Positions 43,804 through 53,942 are shown, counted from the first letter of the stretch. The stretch is DNA of 57,643 nt from Ignavibacteriaceae bacterium (GCA_046481785.1 JAWOJF010000040.1:1-57643); one strand, 5' to 3'. The notes: generated by a model not told the origin, from the letters alone. Made by a program: numbers and translations.

Positions 43804-45966
43804 CTACAGATTATTTATTATGTAGTCTGTTAACAAATAATAATAATGTTTACCGAAGCCGCCATGTTTCTTTCCGGGATAAATCATAAGATCAAATGTT
43901 TTGCTTAACCTGGTAAGCCGTTCAATCAGTTCAACTGAGTTGTGAAAATGAACATTATCATCTGATGTGCCGTGTACAATTAATAATTTGCCTGATAAAT
44001 TCCCGGCAAAATTTAAGGGGGCACTTTTTTCATAACCTTCGGGATTTAGTTCCTCATTTTGCATATAACGTTCGGTGTAAATAGCATCATAAAATTTCCA
44101 GTGAGTAACTGCCGAAACTACTGCTCCCAGTTTAAAATGTTCCGGTGCTTTTAAAAGAGCAAGTGCAGCCATATATCCGCCATAACTTGAGCCGAATATA
44201 CCAACTCTGCCGGTATCAATAAAGCCTTCTTTATCCAGGTATTTAATCCCCTCTATAATATCATTAAGCTCCCATTCCCCAAGATTTTTATAGACAAGGT
44301 GTTCAAATTCTTTTCCTCTTCCGCCGGTACCGCGGTTGTCAACAGTAAAAACAACAAAGCCTGCCTGTGCTAAATACTGATATATAAAATAGGCCCGCCC
44401 TTTCCATTTATCTTCTGCCTCCTGCGAACCAGGACCACTATAATTAAAAATAACTAAAGGATATTTTTTTGTGCTGTCAAAATCAGGAGGCTTAATAATA
44501 AAAGAATTCAGTTGAACATTATCACTGGTATTAAATTCCAGAAATTCCATTGGAGTGAAATTATAATCATTTACAAACGACATATCCGGTTTATAGAAGG
44601 TATAAATTAAATCCCCCTGTATACTAAATAGTTCAGTAGCTGTAAAACTGTTTGCCGTAGAAAATTCATCAATAAAATATTTATTGTTTAATGATAGGTT
44701 TATCCCATGAGTGCCGGGGCTTTCAGTAATCCTCTTTTTGCTGCTGCCATTTAAGTTTATAGAATAAAGATCTTTATTAAGAACCGATCTTTCATTTGAA
44801 GTATAATAAACTATTTCCAGTTCCTCATCAATTGCCAATAAATCACCTGCTTCAAAATTTCCACGGGTAATTTGATTTATAACATTACCTGCATAGTCGT
44901 AAAGGTACATATGCAGGAAGCCGTCCCTTTCAGAAGGCCATATAAACAGTTCACTGTTCTTAAGGAATGTCAGGTGATCATAAATATCAACCCAGTGCTC
45001 ATCCTCCTCAGTAATAATAACACTGGTTCTGCCTGTATTGACATCAGCAAATAAAAGCTCCAGCTTATTCTGCAGCCTGTTTAATCTTTGAATAGAAAGT
45101 ATGCCCGGGTCTGAAGTGTACTTGATCCTGGGTACATAAATATTCTTTTCAGTTCCTATATCCATCCATACCGTTTTTGTATTGCTGACATCAACTACAC
45201 CAATTTTTACTTCCGATATATTAGTTCCGACTTTAGGATATCTTTGATAATTTACATAATTGTAGAGTGAATCATATTCAACTATTGGGAAAACAGGAAC
45301 ACCGGACTGATCAAACCGCCAGAAAGCTATTCCTTTACTATCCGGTGACCACTCCCATGCTTCAATTATGCTGAACTCTTCCTCATAAACCCAGTCAAAC
45401 ACTCCGTTAAGTATAACTTCATTTCCGTCAAAAGTAAGCTGGACTTCTTTTCCTGTTTTCAGATCCGCCGCAAAAAGATTATTACCACGTACAAATCCCA
45501 CCATTGTTTCATCCGGTGAGAACTTAATATTTACCTGTTCCAGTTCAGAAGTAACATTAAGTATTACTTCTTTCCCTTTAACATCATAAACAAAAAAATC
45601 TCCCCCGTTTTTTAATGAACGTGAAGAAAGTGTTGCAGTAAAAAGAATATAATTATTTAAGGGTGACCAAATGTAATTGTCAATCAGAAAATCATTCTTG
45701 CCGAGGGCTTCCCTAATATTATCAATAGATAATAAAACACTTTCTTCCTTCAACCGGGCATCATACTGAAAAATAGATATTCCCCCGGAGGATGCATCAT
45801 AATCAAGGTATGAGAATTTATCCCCGTTATCAAACCATTGCACTGCGTCAATTTTTTTCGGGTAGAACTCACTGTTTGTAAAGATATCTTCAAGGTTAAA
45901 TTCTTGTGCCTGTGAAAAGGATTGGGAAGTAACTATGAAAGTTAGAAGAAAAAACATTTGCTTCAT
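43804..45966 (-). CDS. dipeptidyl-peptidase IV / prolyl oligopeptidase family S9B serine peptidase, secreted
   Basis: Signal peptide and DPPIV N-terminal beta-propeller region. Nucleophile elbow GIFGSSYGGYMA. HGTSDDNVH and a C-terminal His. Confidence 0.88.
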   Translation of the reverse strand: MKQMFFLLTFIVTSQSFSQAQEFNLEDIFTNSEFYPKKIDAVQWFDNGDKFSYLDYDASSGGISIFQYDARLKEESVLLSIDNIREALGKNDFLIDNYIWSPLNNYILFTATLSSRSLKNGGDFFVYDVKGKEVILNVTSELEQVNIKFSPDETMVGFVRGNNLFAADLKTGKEVQLTFDGNEVILNGVFDWVYEEEFSIIEAWEWSPDSKGIAFWRFDQSGVPVFPIVEYDSLYNYVNYQRYPKVGTNISEVKIGVVDVSNTKTVWMDIGTEKNIYVPRIKYTSDPGILSIQRLNRLQNKLELLFADVNTGRTSVIITEEDEHWVDIYDHLTFLKNSELFIWPSERDGFLHMYLYDYAGNVINQITRGNFEAGDLLAIDEELEIVYYTSNERSVLNKDLYSINLNGSSKKRITESPGTHGINLSLNNKYFIDEFSTANSFTATELFSIQGDLIYTFYKPDMSFVNDYNFTPMEFLEFNTSDNVQLNSFIIKPPDFDSTKKYPLVIFNYSGPGSQEAEDKWKGRAYFIYQYLAQAGFVVFTVDNRGTGGRGKEFEHLVYKNLGEWELNDIIEGIKYLDKEGFIDTGRVGIFGSSYGGYMAALALLKAPEHFKLGAVVSAVTHWKFYDAIYTERYMQNEELNPEGYEKSAPLNFAGNLSGKLLIVHGTSDDNVHFHNSVELIERLTRLSKTFDLMIYPGKKHGGFGKHYYYLLTDYIINNL

Positions 45967-46142
45967 TGTAAACCCTTATTAGGATAATATTTTTAAGGGG
46001 AAAAGTAAGTAATTGTTCTGAGAAAAATAATAAAGATGACATCTATTTTAAAAAGATATCATCTTTTTCATTCCTTTGTATGTGTGATAAGTCTTGTTAC
46101 GGCGGCCTGAAAAGAGAAATTTAAAGATATTAAGCCGGGTGA

Positions 46143-46180
46143 TAAAAATCCCCGCAGAGAATGTTACTGCTCTGCGGGGA
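46143..46180 (-). terminator. Rho-independent terminator downstream of the CBM9/DUF5916-like gene
   Basis: 11-bp stem TCCCCGCAGAG (46149-59) / CTCTGCGGGGA (46170-80). On the minus strand it is followed by TTTTTAT. The plus strand also has a T-run after it. Confidence 0.7.
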
Positions 46181-46287
46181 TAATGATTTTTTCGGAGTGA
46201 AAAAATGAAAAATTACATTCGGAACAGGTGAAAAGGGAGCAGGGCTGCAATGCGCAAATCCCTACTCTTCCTCTCTCCAATAAGAAA

Positions 46288-49005
46288 TTATATATTAAGC
46301 CAGTAAGTGAATTTTATCATGAAGATATTATCCGGACGTGTATTCCATATTCTTCTTACAGAATTATTAAACTGGAATTGACCAATATCTTCTGAATCTT
46401 CGCGAGTTTGTGTCCATACAAAATAAAGAACAGAACCTGGAAGGTATTCCCACCTTAAAACTGCATTACCGCGGATTGATTTATAATTAAAATCAGGATC
46501 ATCATCAATCAGCAGCGGCTGGGCAGCGCCATCACCATCCGGGTCAATTGTAATTTCATCATTTGCTTTATCTTCGATGATTGTTGAACCATTGTCACCA
46601 TATCTCATAAAATCATATGAGCGGGGGCGCAGTAGTTCCTTGTAATTCTGATACTCGCCGGAAGATATAAGGGGCTGCACATAAAGCTGCAGACTTAAAT
46701 TCGGATTAAATGTCCAGTTTAATCTTATACCTGCACCAAAAGTATTCTGATCCATTTCTGCAAAGATATACCGTTTACCGTATGTTGCCTCAGCCAGGGG
46801 ATCATCAAAAGAATCTACCCACTGTGCGAATTCATTCACTTTTGAGAAGAAGGGACTAACACTTAAAGTAATATTAGAGGCAGGTCTGAATTCAACACCA
46901 GCCTCAAGTTCCCAGTTGTATGAATAATTTGGATTTCTATAAGTAAAATATCCTGCATTAAATATTATATCTTTCCTATTATCACTGTTAGCATAAAAAT
47001 TAACCTGGTAACCGGGCTTGTTCAGAGTTAAAGGGCCGCCCCTTGTGCGCCTGTTGTTTATAGTCTCCGGATTGTAAGCAAGGTTCCATCCAAAAGAATA
47101 ATAATTAGGAAGGCGTACAAAAGCAAAATGGTAAACACCTTGCCAGGTAGTATTCCCGTCAAAATCATAATTGCGGAATACTGCGCCGCCTAATTCAACA
47201 TAACGGTAGAGATCAGTAGGATCATTCCAGTAGTACCCTGCACCTATATGAAAATTTATAACATCTGCCCTGGAAAGAAATCCCACATCATTAACATCAT
47301 ATTCAGGAGTAATTATTCCAATAGCTGTGTTAGAGAAAAAATTTCCTTTTTGTTTATTAAGAAGAATTCTGCCTGCATAACCGGTTAAAGATGTTGCTGA
47401 GCTGTCAAACCGGTTTACTTTTGAATCAGGCCGCTGAAAATAATGCTGAGAATTTTCCTGGAGAGAAATCATTCTCTCTTTTGTGCCGTAAACGTGGCTC
47501 AGCCCCATCCACCCTGTTAAGACCCATGTTTTTGAAGAATCAAGAAACGTCCATCCATCAATTCCGCCTGTATAGGCACCCTTATTAATATCTTCCCTTA
47601 TTGCATCTTCGGAAAAGCTTCTTACTGTAGTAGTTGAAATAAATCCAAGGCCATGCCTTGATTCACTAAATTCTTTTTGTCCTCTTATTATTCCATAATA
47701 ACTTAGGGGTTCAACTTCTATTTTTGATTTTTTGTCATCGGCAAAATACTCAGCTTTTTCACTTGAGGTTAATGCCTGTATAGCCCCTATATTCCAGCTA
47801 TCTCCAATTTTTCCGGTAATTTTTGCAGCACCAAGAATATGAGTTCCATTGGGATAATCTTCAAAATCATTATCTGGAGTTTCACCCTGGGGCCTTCTTC
47901 CGATTCGGCGGCTGTAAAAAAAGTTGGGTCCCGGCCAGTTAAAATTCCAATAATTTGTAGCACCGCCAAATCCAAATTCAAATAATGTTGAGCCCTCAAT
48001 AAAGAAGGGTCTCTTTTCAGAAAAAAATGTTTCAACATCACTTAAGTTAATTACAGCAGGGTCAATTTCAACTTGTCCAAAATCAGGATTTATTGTAGCA
48101 TTTAAAGTTAAGTTTGAACCAATCCCCATTTTTAAATCAGCGCCAACCCCCGGAATGTAATCTGTTCCATCATTAAAAGGATTACCAGCGTCAGGATGGG
48201 TATATTCAGCCCGGGAGGTTATATATGGTAAAATCTCTATATGGCCGGAAGGGCGTATATCTTCAAGGCCAACCAGCTCAGCAAAACGGGATACAAAACC
48301 GCTTTCATTTTTAGGCCAGTGAACCAGGTAATCAGTTTCATTTTTACGTGCTATTTCTCTTTTTAAGTTAATGCCCCATACCATGGGATCAGTTTCCCGA
48401 AATTTCAGTTGGGAAAATGGTATCTGCATTTCAGCTATCCAGCCATTTTCATTTATGCTGGTTTTACCTTCCCAAACTCCATCCCATGAATTATCATCCC
48501 AATCATCATTATATAAAACGCCGTCAAACAAAGTGCCTGCAGCAGATATGGCAAAATAATAACCGCTTCTTTTATCATTGTATGGGTCAAGGAAAATTGT
48601 AAAGCCGTCAGAACTAACACCAACATCACGGCGCGACATCCTGGCGACAATTGAATCCGGACAGGAATCAAAAAACATAGCGCCTACATAAAGGTATTTA
48701 TCATCATATGCTAACCGTATTTCGCTTCTTTCAGTTGGAAGTTCTCCGTACACAGGATCCCTTTGTGTGAAATCATCAATTATGGTGGCGTTAGTCCATA
48801 TCTTTTCAGAAAGGATTCCATCAATACTTATTGTTTCGGTTGACTTAACAGCCGTTACTTTTAGTGATGTTGTATACGGCTTATTTCCGGCGCGGAGGAC
48901 AAATGTGAGAGGTAAAATTATTATTATATATTTTAGAGCAACTATCATTCTATCCCCGTTTTTGTCTATTGTTAAATTAAAATTATCTCTCTTTCGATGA
49001 GTCAT
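46288..49005 (-). CDS. large envelope protein, CBM9/DOMON-like N-terminal domain plus DUF5916-like beta-rich region
   Basis: IDGILSEKIWTNATIIDDFTQRDPVYGELPTERSEIRLAYDDKYLYVGAMFFD resembles carbohydrate-binding family 9-like modules. The rest is Tyr/Gly/Asn-rich and beta-barrel-like. The true start is probably ATG 48948 (MIVALKYIIIILPL signal). Confidence 0.6.
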   Translation of the reverse strand: MTHRKRDNFNLTIDKNGDRMIVALKYIIIILPLTFVLRAGNKPYTTSLKVTAVKSTETISIDGILSEKIWTNATIIDDFTQRDPVYGELPTERSEIRLAYDDKYLYVGAMFFDSCPDSIVARMSRRDVGVSSDGFTIFLDPYNDKRSGYYFAISAAGTLFDGVLYNDDWDDNSWDGVWEGKTSINENGWIAEMQIPFSQLKFRETDPMVWGINLKREIARKNETDYLVHWPKNESGFVSRFAELVGLEDIRPSGHIEILPYITSRAEYTHPDAGNPFNDGTDYIPGVGADLKMGIGSNLTLNATINPDFGQVEIDPAVINLSDVETFFSEKRPFFIEGSTLFEFGFGGATNYWNFNWPGPNFFYSRRIGRRPQGETPDNDFEDYPNGTHILGAAKITGKIGDSWNIGAIQALTSSEKAEYFADDKKSKIEVEPLSYYGIIRGQKEFSESRHGLGFISTTTVRSFSEDAIREDINKGAYTGGIDGWTFLDSSKTWVLTGWMGLSHVYGTKERMISLQENSQHYFQRPDSKVNRFDSSATSLTGYAGRILLNKQKGNFFSNTAIGIITPEYDVNDVGFLSRADVINFHIGAGYYWNDPTDLYRYVELGGAVFRNYDFDGNTTWQGVYHFAFVRLPNYYSFGWNLAYNPETINNRRTRGGPLTLNKPGYQVNFYANSDNRKDIIFNAGYFTYRNPNYSYNWELEAGVEFRPASNITLSVSPFFSKVNEFAQWVDSFDDPLAEATYGKRYIFAEMDQNTFGAGIRLNWTFNPNLSLQLYVQPLISSGEYQNYKELLRPRSYDFMRYGDNGSTIIEDKANDEITIDPDGDGAAQPLLIDDDPDFNYKSIRGNAVLRWEYLPGSVLYFVWTQTREDSEDIGQFQFNNSVRRIWNTRPDNIFMIKFTYWLNI

Positions 49006-49062
49006 ATTTCAGTAAAGATTTGTAAAAAATTGTCACAATCTAAAACCTGGAAGGAGAAACTG

Positions 49063-50190
49063 TTATTTATCCAGCCTTTTTATTTCTATTTCACCATAAC
49101 TTGTATCAAGGAAAATTTTCCTGCCGCCGCCGTTAAAAGAATAAGTGGCCTTGATATTATCGTTATTTTTATTCACACTTTTACTCGTCGGAGTTAAATC
49201 ATAACGGATAAAATCCGTTTCATCATAACTGGAATGTTTACCGAATCCCCGTATCCTTACTTCAACTGTTATTTTTTCATTTTCAGCTATATATAATTTT
49301 ATATTGCCGTTATTGGTTTTTGCCCGGGATTCAGAATTTATATTCTGAAGTTCTATATGAATATCCCCTGAGCCGGATATTGCTTTTACAGATCCGTCAA
49401 CTTTATATAAATAAACACTCCCGGCCCCTGTTGATGCCTCAATACGTCCTTTTACCTGTAAGGATTTAATATTACCGCCGCCTGTATTCAGAGTTGCATC
49501 TCCATTAACATTCTTAATACTAATATTACCGCCGCCTGTGTTCAGCTTTACTTTGCCGTTTATTTCATCAACAACAATATTCCCACCGGCCGTATTAATA
49601 GCAATTGATTTACTGACATTGTTAATCCTTATATTTCCGCCTGAAGTAGAAACAGTGCCATTCCCATCAATGTTTGATAAATGTAAATCACCGCCGTAGG
49701 TTAAAATTTTCATTTCTCCCTTAATTTCCTCTGCTGTTACATCACCGCCGTATGTGTGCAGGTCGGTATATCCGCTTACTTTTTCTATAGAAATATCACC
49801 GCCTGAAGTAACACCCTTAAGACTTCCGACAAAGGAGCCCTTAACAGTAAGGTCTCCTGCCTGCGTACTCATCTCAACATAAAAATAAGACGGTACAGTA
49901 ACCTCTACATCCGAATAGTTGGAATTATTTGATCTTATTCTTACATGATTACCTGCAAATTTTACCAATAACCCATCTTCGTCCTCATCATAATCATCAT
50001 CATACCTAACAAGTACTTCGTTTTTATTCCATGTTTTAATTGATATATCGCCATAAGACAAATCAACTAAAAGATGCCCGTTTTTATTTACCTTAAAGGT
50101 CTTGGTTTTATAATTCTGACTAAAAACTGTCGCTGAGTTAATCAGAAAAAATATCATAACTATTTTTGCAACAGCACTGCACTTATTCAT
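49063..50190 (-). CDS. DUF4097-type repeat protein (putative beta-helical adhesin, LiaG/YvlB-like)
   Basis: Signal peptide and iterated GGDI/GGNI repeats (TSGGDISIEKV, TYGGDVTAEEI, TYGGDLHLSNI, TSGGNIRINNV, TAGGNIVVDEI, TGGGNISIKNV, TGGGNIKSLQV). Confidence 0.7.
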   Translation of the reverse strand: MNKCSAVAKIVMIFFLINSATVFSQNYKTKTFKVNKNGHLLVDLSYGDISIKTWNKNEVLVRYDDDYDEDEDGLLVKFAGNHVRIRSNNSNYSDVEVTVPSYFYVEMSTQAGDLTVKGSFVGSLKGVTSGGDISIEKVSGYTDLHTYGGDVTAEEIKGEMKILTYGGDLHLSNIDGNGTVSTSGGNIRINNVSKSIAINTAGGNIVVDEINGKVKLNTGGGNISIKNVNGDATLNTGGGNIKSLQVKGRIEASTGAGSVYLYKVDGSVKAISGSGDIHIELQNINSESRAKTNNGNIKLYIAENEKITVEVRIRGFGKHSSYDETDFIRYDLTPTSKSVNKNNDNIKATYSFNGGGRKIFLDTSYGEIEIKRLDK

Positions 50191-50191
50191 C

Positions 50192-51166
50192 TTACTTGCT
50201 CTCCTCTAGCACTGTTTTTGCCTGGTACCTTATATACCGGTTTTCATCAACTTTCATTTTTTCTTTAAAGACTGAGAGCTCATCCTCGCTGAATTTAGTC
50301 CCGTCTTTTTGTGCCTGCATTAAACTATTAATAGCTTCTATCCTGTTGCCGGACATTTTATCATTCATCAATACATACATAAGGGTGTTTTTTACATCTG
50401 GATTGCCGTTAAATTTACTTAGTAGTTTAATTGCCTCACGCCTTACACCCGGGTTATCATCAAACTTGGCTACAGAGATTAATGCTGCTTTTACTTCAGC
50501 ATCAACTTCTGTTTTCTGCTCAGTTCCTATAGCATTAATAGAATTTAATCTTACCCCGGGATTCTCAACATTAAGCATCGAATAAGTAAGGACATTCTTA
50601 ATTCTCTCATCGTTTATATTTCCCTTCATCCTAACAGGTTTAATTGCATCAAAAATAAATTCTATTTCGCCATCCTTTGCATCCTGATCAATAAAACGTA
50701 CATTACTTATTCGTACATCATTTTGTGCAAAAGAAAAATTATCCGAAGCATTTTCAACCATTGTTGATGTTTCGGGATTGCTGATGATCTGAACGGGGTC
50801 TGTTTTAAAGAAAATATACCCAAGGAAGAAACCCGCTGCCAGTACTGCAACACCGCCGAATGCAGCCTGGAATTTTATTGAAGAAAGGAAAGTAAAACTG
50901 CTGAGGAACTTCTTCCAGGCAGATAACTTTGTTCTTTCAGCTCTTATTGCATCTCTTAGTTCCTGCCTTACCTGGAAAAGAGTAAACTCATCAGGGTCTT
51001 CAGGTTTATGTTCAAGAAGGATAGATTTTAATCTTTTCTGTTCTTCAAACTCAATCTGGCATTCCACACAATCGTTTATATGTTTATCAAACTCTAATTG
51101 TTCATGTTTGCTTAGTTCATTATCAACCGCAAGCGGTATCCATTCTTTATATATCTGGTGTTCCAT
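50192..51166 (-). CDS. anti-sigma factor: N-terminal zf-HC2, one TM segment, extracytoplasmic HEAT-like repeats
   Basis: HINDCVECQ (H-x3-C-x2-C), TM segment FGGVAVLAAGFFLGYIFF, and repeats NPGVRLNSINAIG, DNPGVRREAIKLLSKF, GNRIEAINSL. Directly downstream of the ECF sigma gene. Confidence 0.75.
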   Translation of the reverse strand: MEHQIYKEWIPLAVDNELSKHEQLEFDKHINDCVECQIEFEEQKRLKSILLEHKPEDPDEFTLFQVRQELRDAIRAERTKLSAWKKFLSSFTFLSSIKFQAAFGGVAVLAAGFFLGYIFFKTDPVQIISNPETSTMVENASDNFSFAQNDVRISNVRFIDQDAKDGEIEFIFDAIKPVRMKGNINDERIKNVLTYSMLNVENPGVRLNSINAIGTEQKTEVDAEVKAALISVAKFDDNPGVRREAIKLLSKFNGNPDVKNTLMYVLMNDKMSGNRIEAINSLMQAQKDGTKFSEDELSVFKEKMKVDENRYIRYQAKTVLEESK

Positions 51167-51199
51167 TTCGTGCTCCGTTATTTTGACCTCATCCCCCTG

Positions 51200-51226
51200 C
51201 CCCTTCTCCTTAGTAAGGAGAAGGGG
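51200..51226. repeat. perfect 27-bp palindrome (13-bp arms) between the ECF sigma and anti-sigma genes
   Basis: CCCCTTCTCCTTA g TAAGGAGAAGGGG. GC-rich relative to its surroundings, with no flanking T-run on either strand. Confidence 0.9.
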
Positions 51227-51258
51227 AGAAAGAAAAATTTCATTTATATATGCATCAA

Positions 51259-51834
51259 CTAATAAATATTTTTAAGTAATTTTCTCATTTTATGATTTGC
51301 TTCAAACAAATACTTTTTAACCGTTCCCTCCTGGCAATCCATCATCATTGCTATTTCCTTTAGTTTATAACCTTCGTAATGTTTCATTACAAAAATCATT
51401 TTCTGTTTTGGTGATAAAGTTTCAACCGCCCTGTTTACCTGTTCAGTTATTTCAGAGCTTGAAAGATATTTTTCCGGAGAAGATTGATGAGATACTGATT
51501 CAAGAACTACCCCGCCGTTCATTTCTTCTTCATCGTACTCATCATTTATAGGAACATTAATTCTTTTTTTCCCCCTGGCGCTGTGTGTAAGGCATACGTT
51601 TGTCGTAATCCTGAAAAGCCATGTAGAAAACTCGCTCCTGAACTGGAAATTCTGCAGGCCCTTATAAACACGGATAAACACCTCCTGGTAAATATCTTTT
51701 GCATCATCTTTATTCTGAACATATTTAAGCGCCATAGATAAAACCCGTTTATCATAACGGAAAACCAATTCTTCAAATGCAGAAGAATCGCCCTGCCGGG
51801 CTTTTGTTATTAAATCAGTATCAGTAAGCGCCAT
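51259..51834 (-). CDS. ECF-type RNA polymerase sigma-70 family factor
   Basis: Region 2 DIYQEVFIRVYKGLQNFQFRSEFSTWLFRITTNVCL. Region 4 LSPKQKMIFVMKHYEGYKLKEIAMMMDCQEGTVKKYLFEANHKMRKLL. Confidence 0.9.
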   Translation of the reverse strand: MALTDTDLITKARQGDSSAFEELVFRYDKRVLSMALKYVQNKDDAKDIYQEVFIRVYKGLQNFQFRSEFSTWLFRITTNVCLTHSARGKKRINVPINDEYDEEEMNGGVVLESVSHQSSPEKYLSSSEITEQVNRAVETLSPKQKMIFVMKHYEGYKLKEIAMMMDCQEGTVKKYLFEANHKMRKLLKNIY

Positions 51835-51856
51835 TAGATTTCCAATTTCTATCCGT

Positions 51857-51882
51857 TTAGACTGGTAGATTATTAAAAGGTT
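51857..51882 (-). promoter_or_regulatory. candidate autoregulated ECF-type promoter (AAC-N17-GTCTAA)
   Basis: The minus strand reads CCAACCTTTTAATAATCTACCAGTCTAA, about 25 nt upstream of the sigma gene ATG. AAC in the -35 element and GTCTAA-like -10 elements are typical of ECF promoters. Confidence 0.35.
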
Positions 51883-51995
51883 GGTGAAAATTAGTGAAAT
51901 TCTTATGTAGGATGTGATTTTAATTGACAGGCGGTTAAATATGGCTTATAATGGTGTTTATTCAATGGTGCAGAAGTTCTTGTCGATGGATACAA

Positions 51996-53795
51996 CTAAT
52001 AAATCTTAAAAATTTTAACTGTTCCCGGTTCCATTTTAATATTTAATAAAGATTTATTTACCCCCGCAGCACTCCCAGTCTCTCCTGAAATAAGTTCCGA
52101 ATAAGCAATTTTACTTTTATTAACAGGAATATCAATTTCCTCTGGTTCATTACCAATATTAAATGATACTATAACGTGTTCGTTTTCAAATAGTCTTTCA
52201 AAAACAAAGCTGTTCTTATCATCATTTTTATAAAGGAAATTTAAAGAGCCCTCCCTTAATGCATTACTCTTATTTCTTATTGAAATAATTTTTTTATAGA
52301 ACTCAAGAAGATCTTTATCCTGTTCGACTTTATACGTCCCAAATCCTTTTTTAAACCCGGAAGAAGCAGTTATAACTTCGTTATCGTATTTCAATTCATC
52401 CCATACCATAGGTTTTCTTACATGCGGATCATCTGCACCCCACATACCAATTTCATCGCCGTAATAAATCATCGGCGCTCCGCGGCAGGTCATCATAAAT
52501 GCTAAAATAAGTTTTTGAATAGCGAATTCCTTTTTTGATGGTTTGCCGGGATTATAATCAGGGTTGCCCTCATTTGCATCCCTGTCAAAAGCTCTGCCCG
52601 GATTCAATATTCTTGAGGATAATCTTTCAGTATCATGACTATCCATAAGATTTTGAAGTATATCAATATTCTCGTAAGGATAAGTTTTATTTATCTCTTC
52701 CAGCTTTTCTATAAACTTTGAAACGGAAATCTTCTTTTGTATAAACAGGCTGTCAACAGCGTAGGCAAAATTATAATTCATCAGTGCATCAAATGCGCCG
52801 TTTTTAGAAATAAAATCAGGGGAGAGTTCCCATAACTCGCCGATAATAATTGCTTTATTATTAATAGACTTTACAAGCCTGCTCCAGTCATGCCAGAAAT
52901 CAAGGGGCACTTCCCGCGCCACATCAAGGCGCCAGCCGTCTATTCCATCCTCAGGATCGCCGTCGTTATTCGGGTCCATCCATCTTTGTGTTGAGTGAAA
53001 TATATATTGTTTCGGTGCCGGGTGAAGATCGTTTTCTGTGCGGTTAATTTCAGGGAGTGACTTTATATCCCACCACCCCTTATAATCAAACTCATCTTTT
53101 TCAGTTGCAGGATCATCAAAGGAATTAATCCTGTACCATTCCTTGTATTTTGATTCGCTCCCGTTTTTAACAACATCCCGGAAAGCCCAGAATTGCGTGC
53201 CTGTGTGATTAAAAACTCCGTCGATAATAATTTTCATCCCCCGTTTATGGGTCTCATCAATTAATTTAAGGAAAAGTTTATCGGCTTCCGTCCATTGCCA
53301 CGTTGAAGGCTTATCAGGCGTTTCAGATTCCATTAATTTATTATCACCGCCCGGATCCGGACCAAAGTTTATATCTATATGATGATAAGTTGAGCCGTCA
53401 TATTTATGGAGTGAAACAGCTTCAAAAACAGGATTGAGATAAATGGCTCCTGCACCTAATTCTTTTATATAATCCAGTTTATTAATAATTCCCTGGATAT
53501 CGCCGCCATATCTTCTGTCGTATATATCCTTAATTCTGCCGTCGGGTCCTTTCTCCCAGTCTGACGGTTCAAACCAGTTGGCTGTCCATTCCTTCACATC
53601 CCATCCGGCAGGTACCTTGCTGCTGTTTATAAAAACTTTTGCTGCATCAGGATCATTTGATTCATCGCCATTTGCAAATCTCTCCGGAAAGATCTGGTAC
53701 CAGACTATACCCTTTGCCCAGTCAGGAAAATGATTTTGTGAAAAAATAAAACCGGGAAAGTTTACTAATAAAAAAAGCAGTAGTAATGTTTTCAT
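51996..53795 (-). CDS. secreted GH13 alpha-amylase family enzyme (neopullulanase/cyclomaltodextrinase-like)
   Basis: Signal peptide. GH13 regions I DGVFNHTG, II GWRLDVAREV, III IIGELW and IV LMDSHDTER. Confidence 0.9.
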   Translation of the reverse strand: MKTLLLLFLLVNFPGFIFSQNHFPDWAKGIVWYQIFPERFANGDESNDPDAAKVFINSSKVPAGWDVKEWTANWFEPSDWEKGPDGRIKDIYDRRYGGDIQGIINKLDYIKELGAGAIYLNPVFEAVSLHKYDGSTYHHIDINFGPDPGGDNKLMESETPDKPSTWQWTEADKLFLKLIDETHKRGMKIIIDGVFNHTGTQFWAFRDVVKNGSESKYKEWYRINSFDDPATEKDEFDYKGWWDIKSLPEINRTENDLHPAPKQYIFHSTQRWMDPNNDGDPEDGIDGWRLDVAREVPLDFWHDWSRLVKSINNKAIIIGELWELSPDFISKNGAFDALMNYNFAYAVDSLFIQKKISVSKFIEKLEEINKTYPYENIDILQNLMDSHDTERLSSRILNPGRAFDRDANEGNPDYNPGKPSKKEFAIQKLILAFMMTCRGAPMIYYGDEIGMWGADDPHVRKPMVWDELKYDNEVITASSGFKKGFGTYKVEQDKDLLEFYKKIISIRNKSNALREGSLNFLYKNDDKNSFVFERLFENEHVIVSFNIGNEPEEIDIPVNKSKIAYSELISGETGSAAGVNKSLLNIKMEPGTVKIFKIY

Positions 53796-53942
53796 TTTTT
53801 ATAAAGAAAATTTAAAAGAAGTTACACAGAATTTCAGCAAAAATACACAGAGTAAACATATGCTTCACTTCGGCGATTAATCTTATATTTTCAGTCCTAA
53901 ATAATGCGTTTTTGAATCTATTTCCAAACTATCGCTAAAAAT

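Noticed and set aside
46030-46070. Imperfect inverted repeat AAGATGACATCT...AGATATCATCTT upstream of the DPP-IV gene
   Set aside because: The stem is AT-rich and mismatched with a 9-nt loop, and the signal is weak. I cannot distinguish a regulatory site from chance in AT-rich intergenic DNA.
50166-50585. 139-aa plus-strand ORF opposite the anti-sigma gene
   Set aside because: It is antisense to a gene with clear zf-HC2, TM and HEAT features. Its Ser/Leu-rich composition is typical of a shadow ORF.
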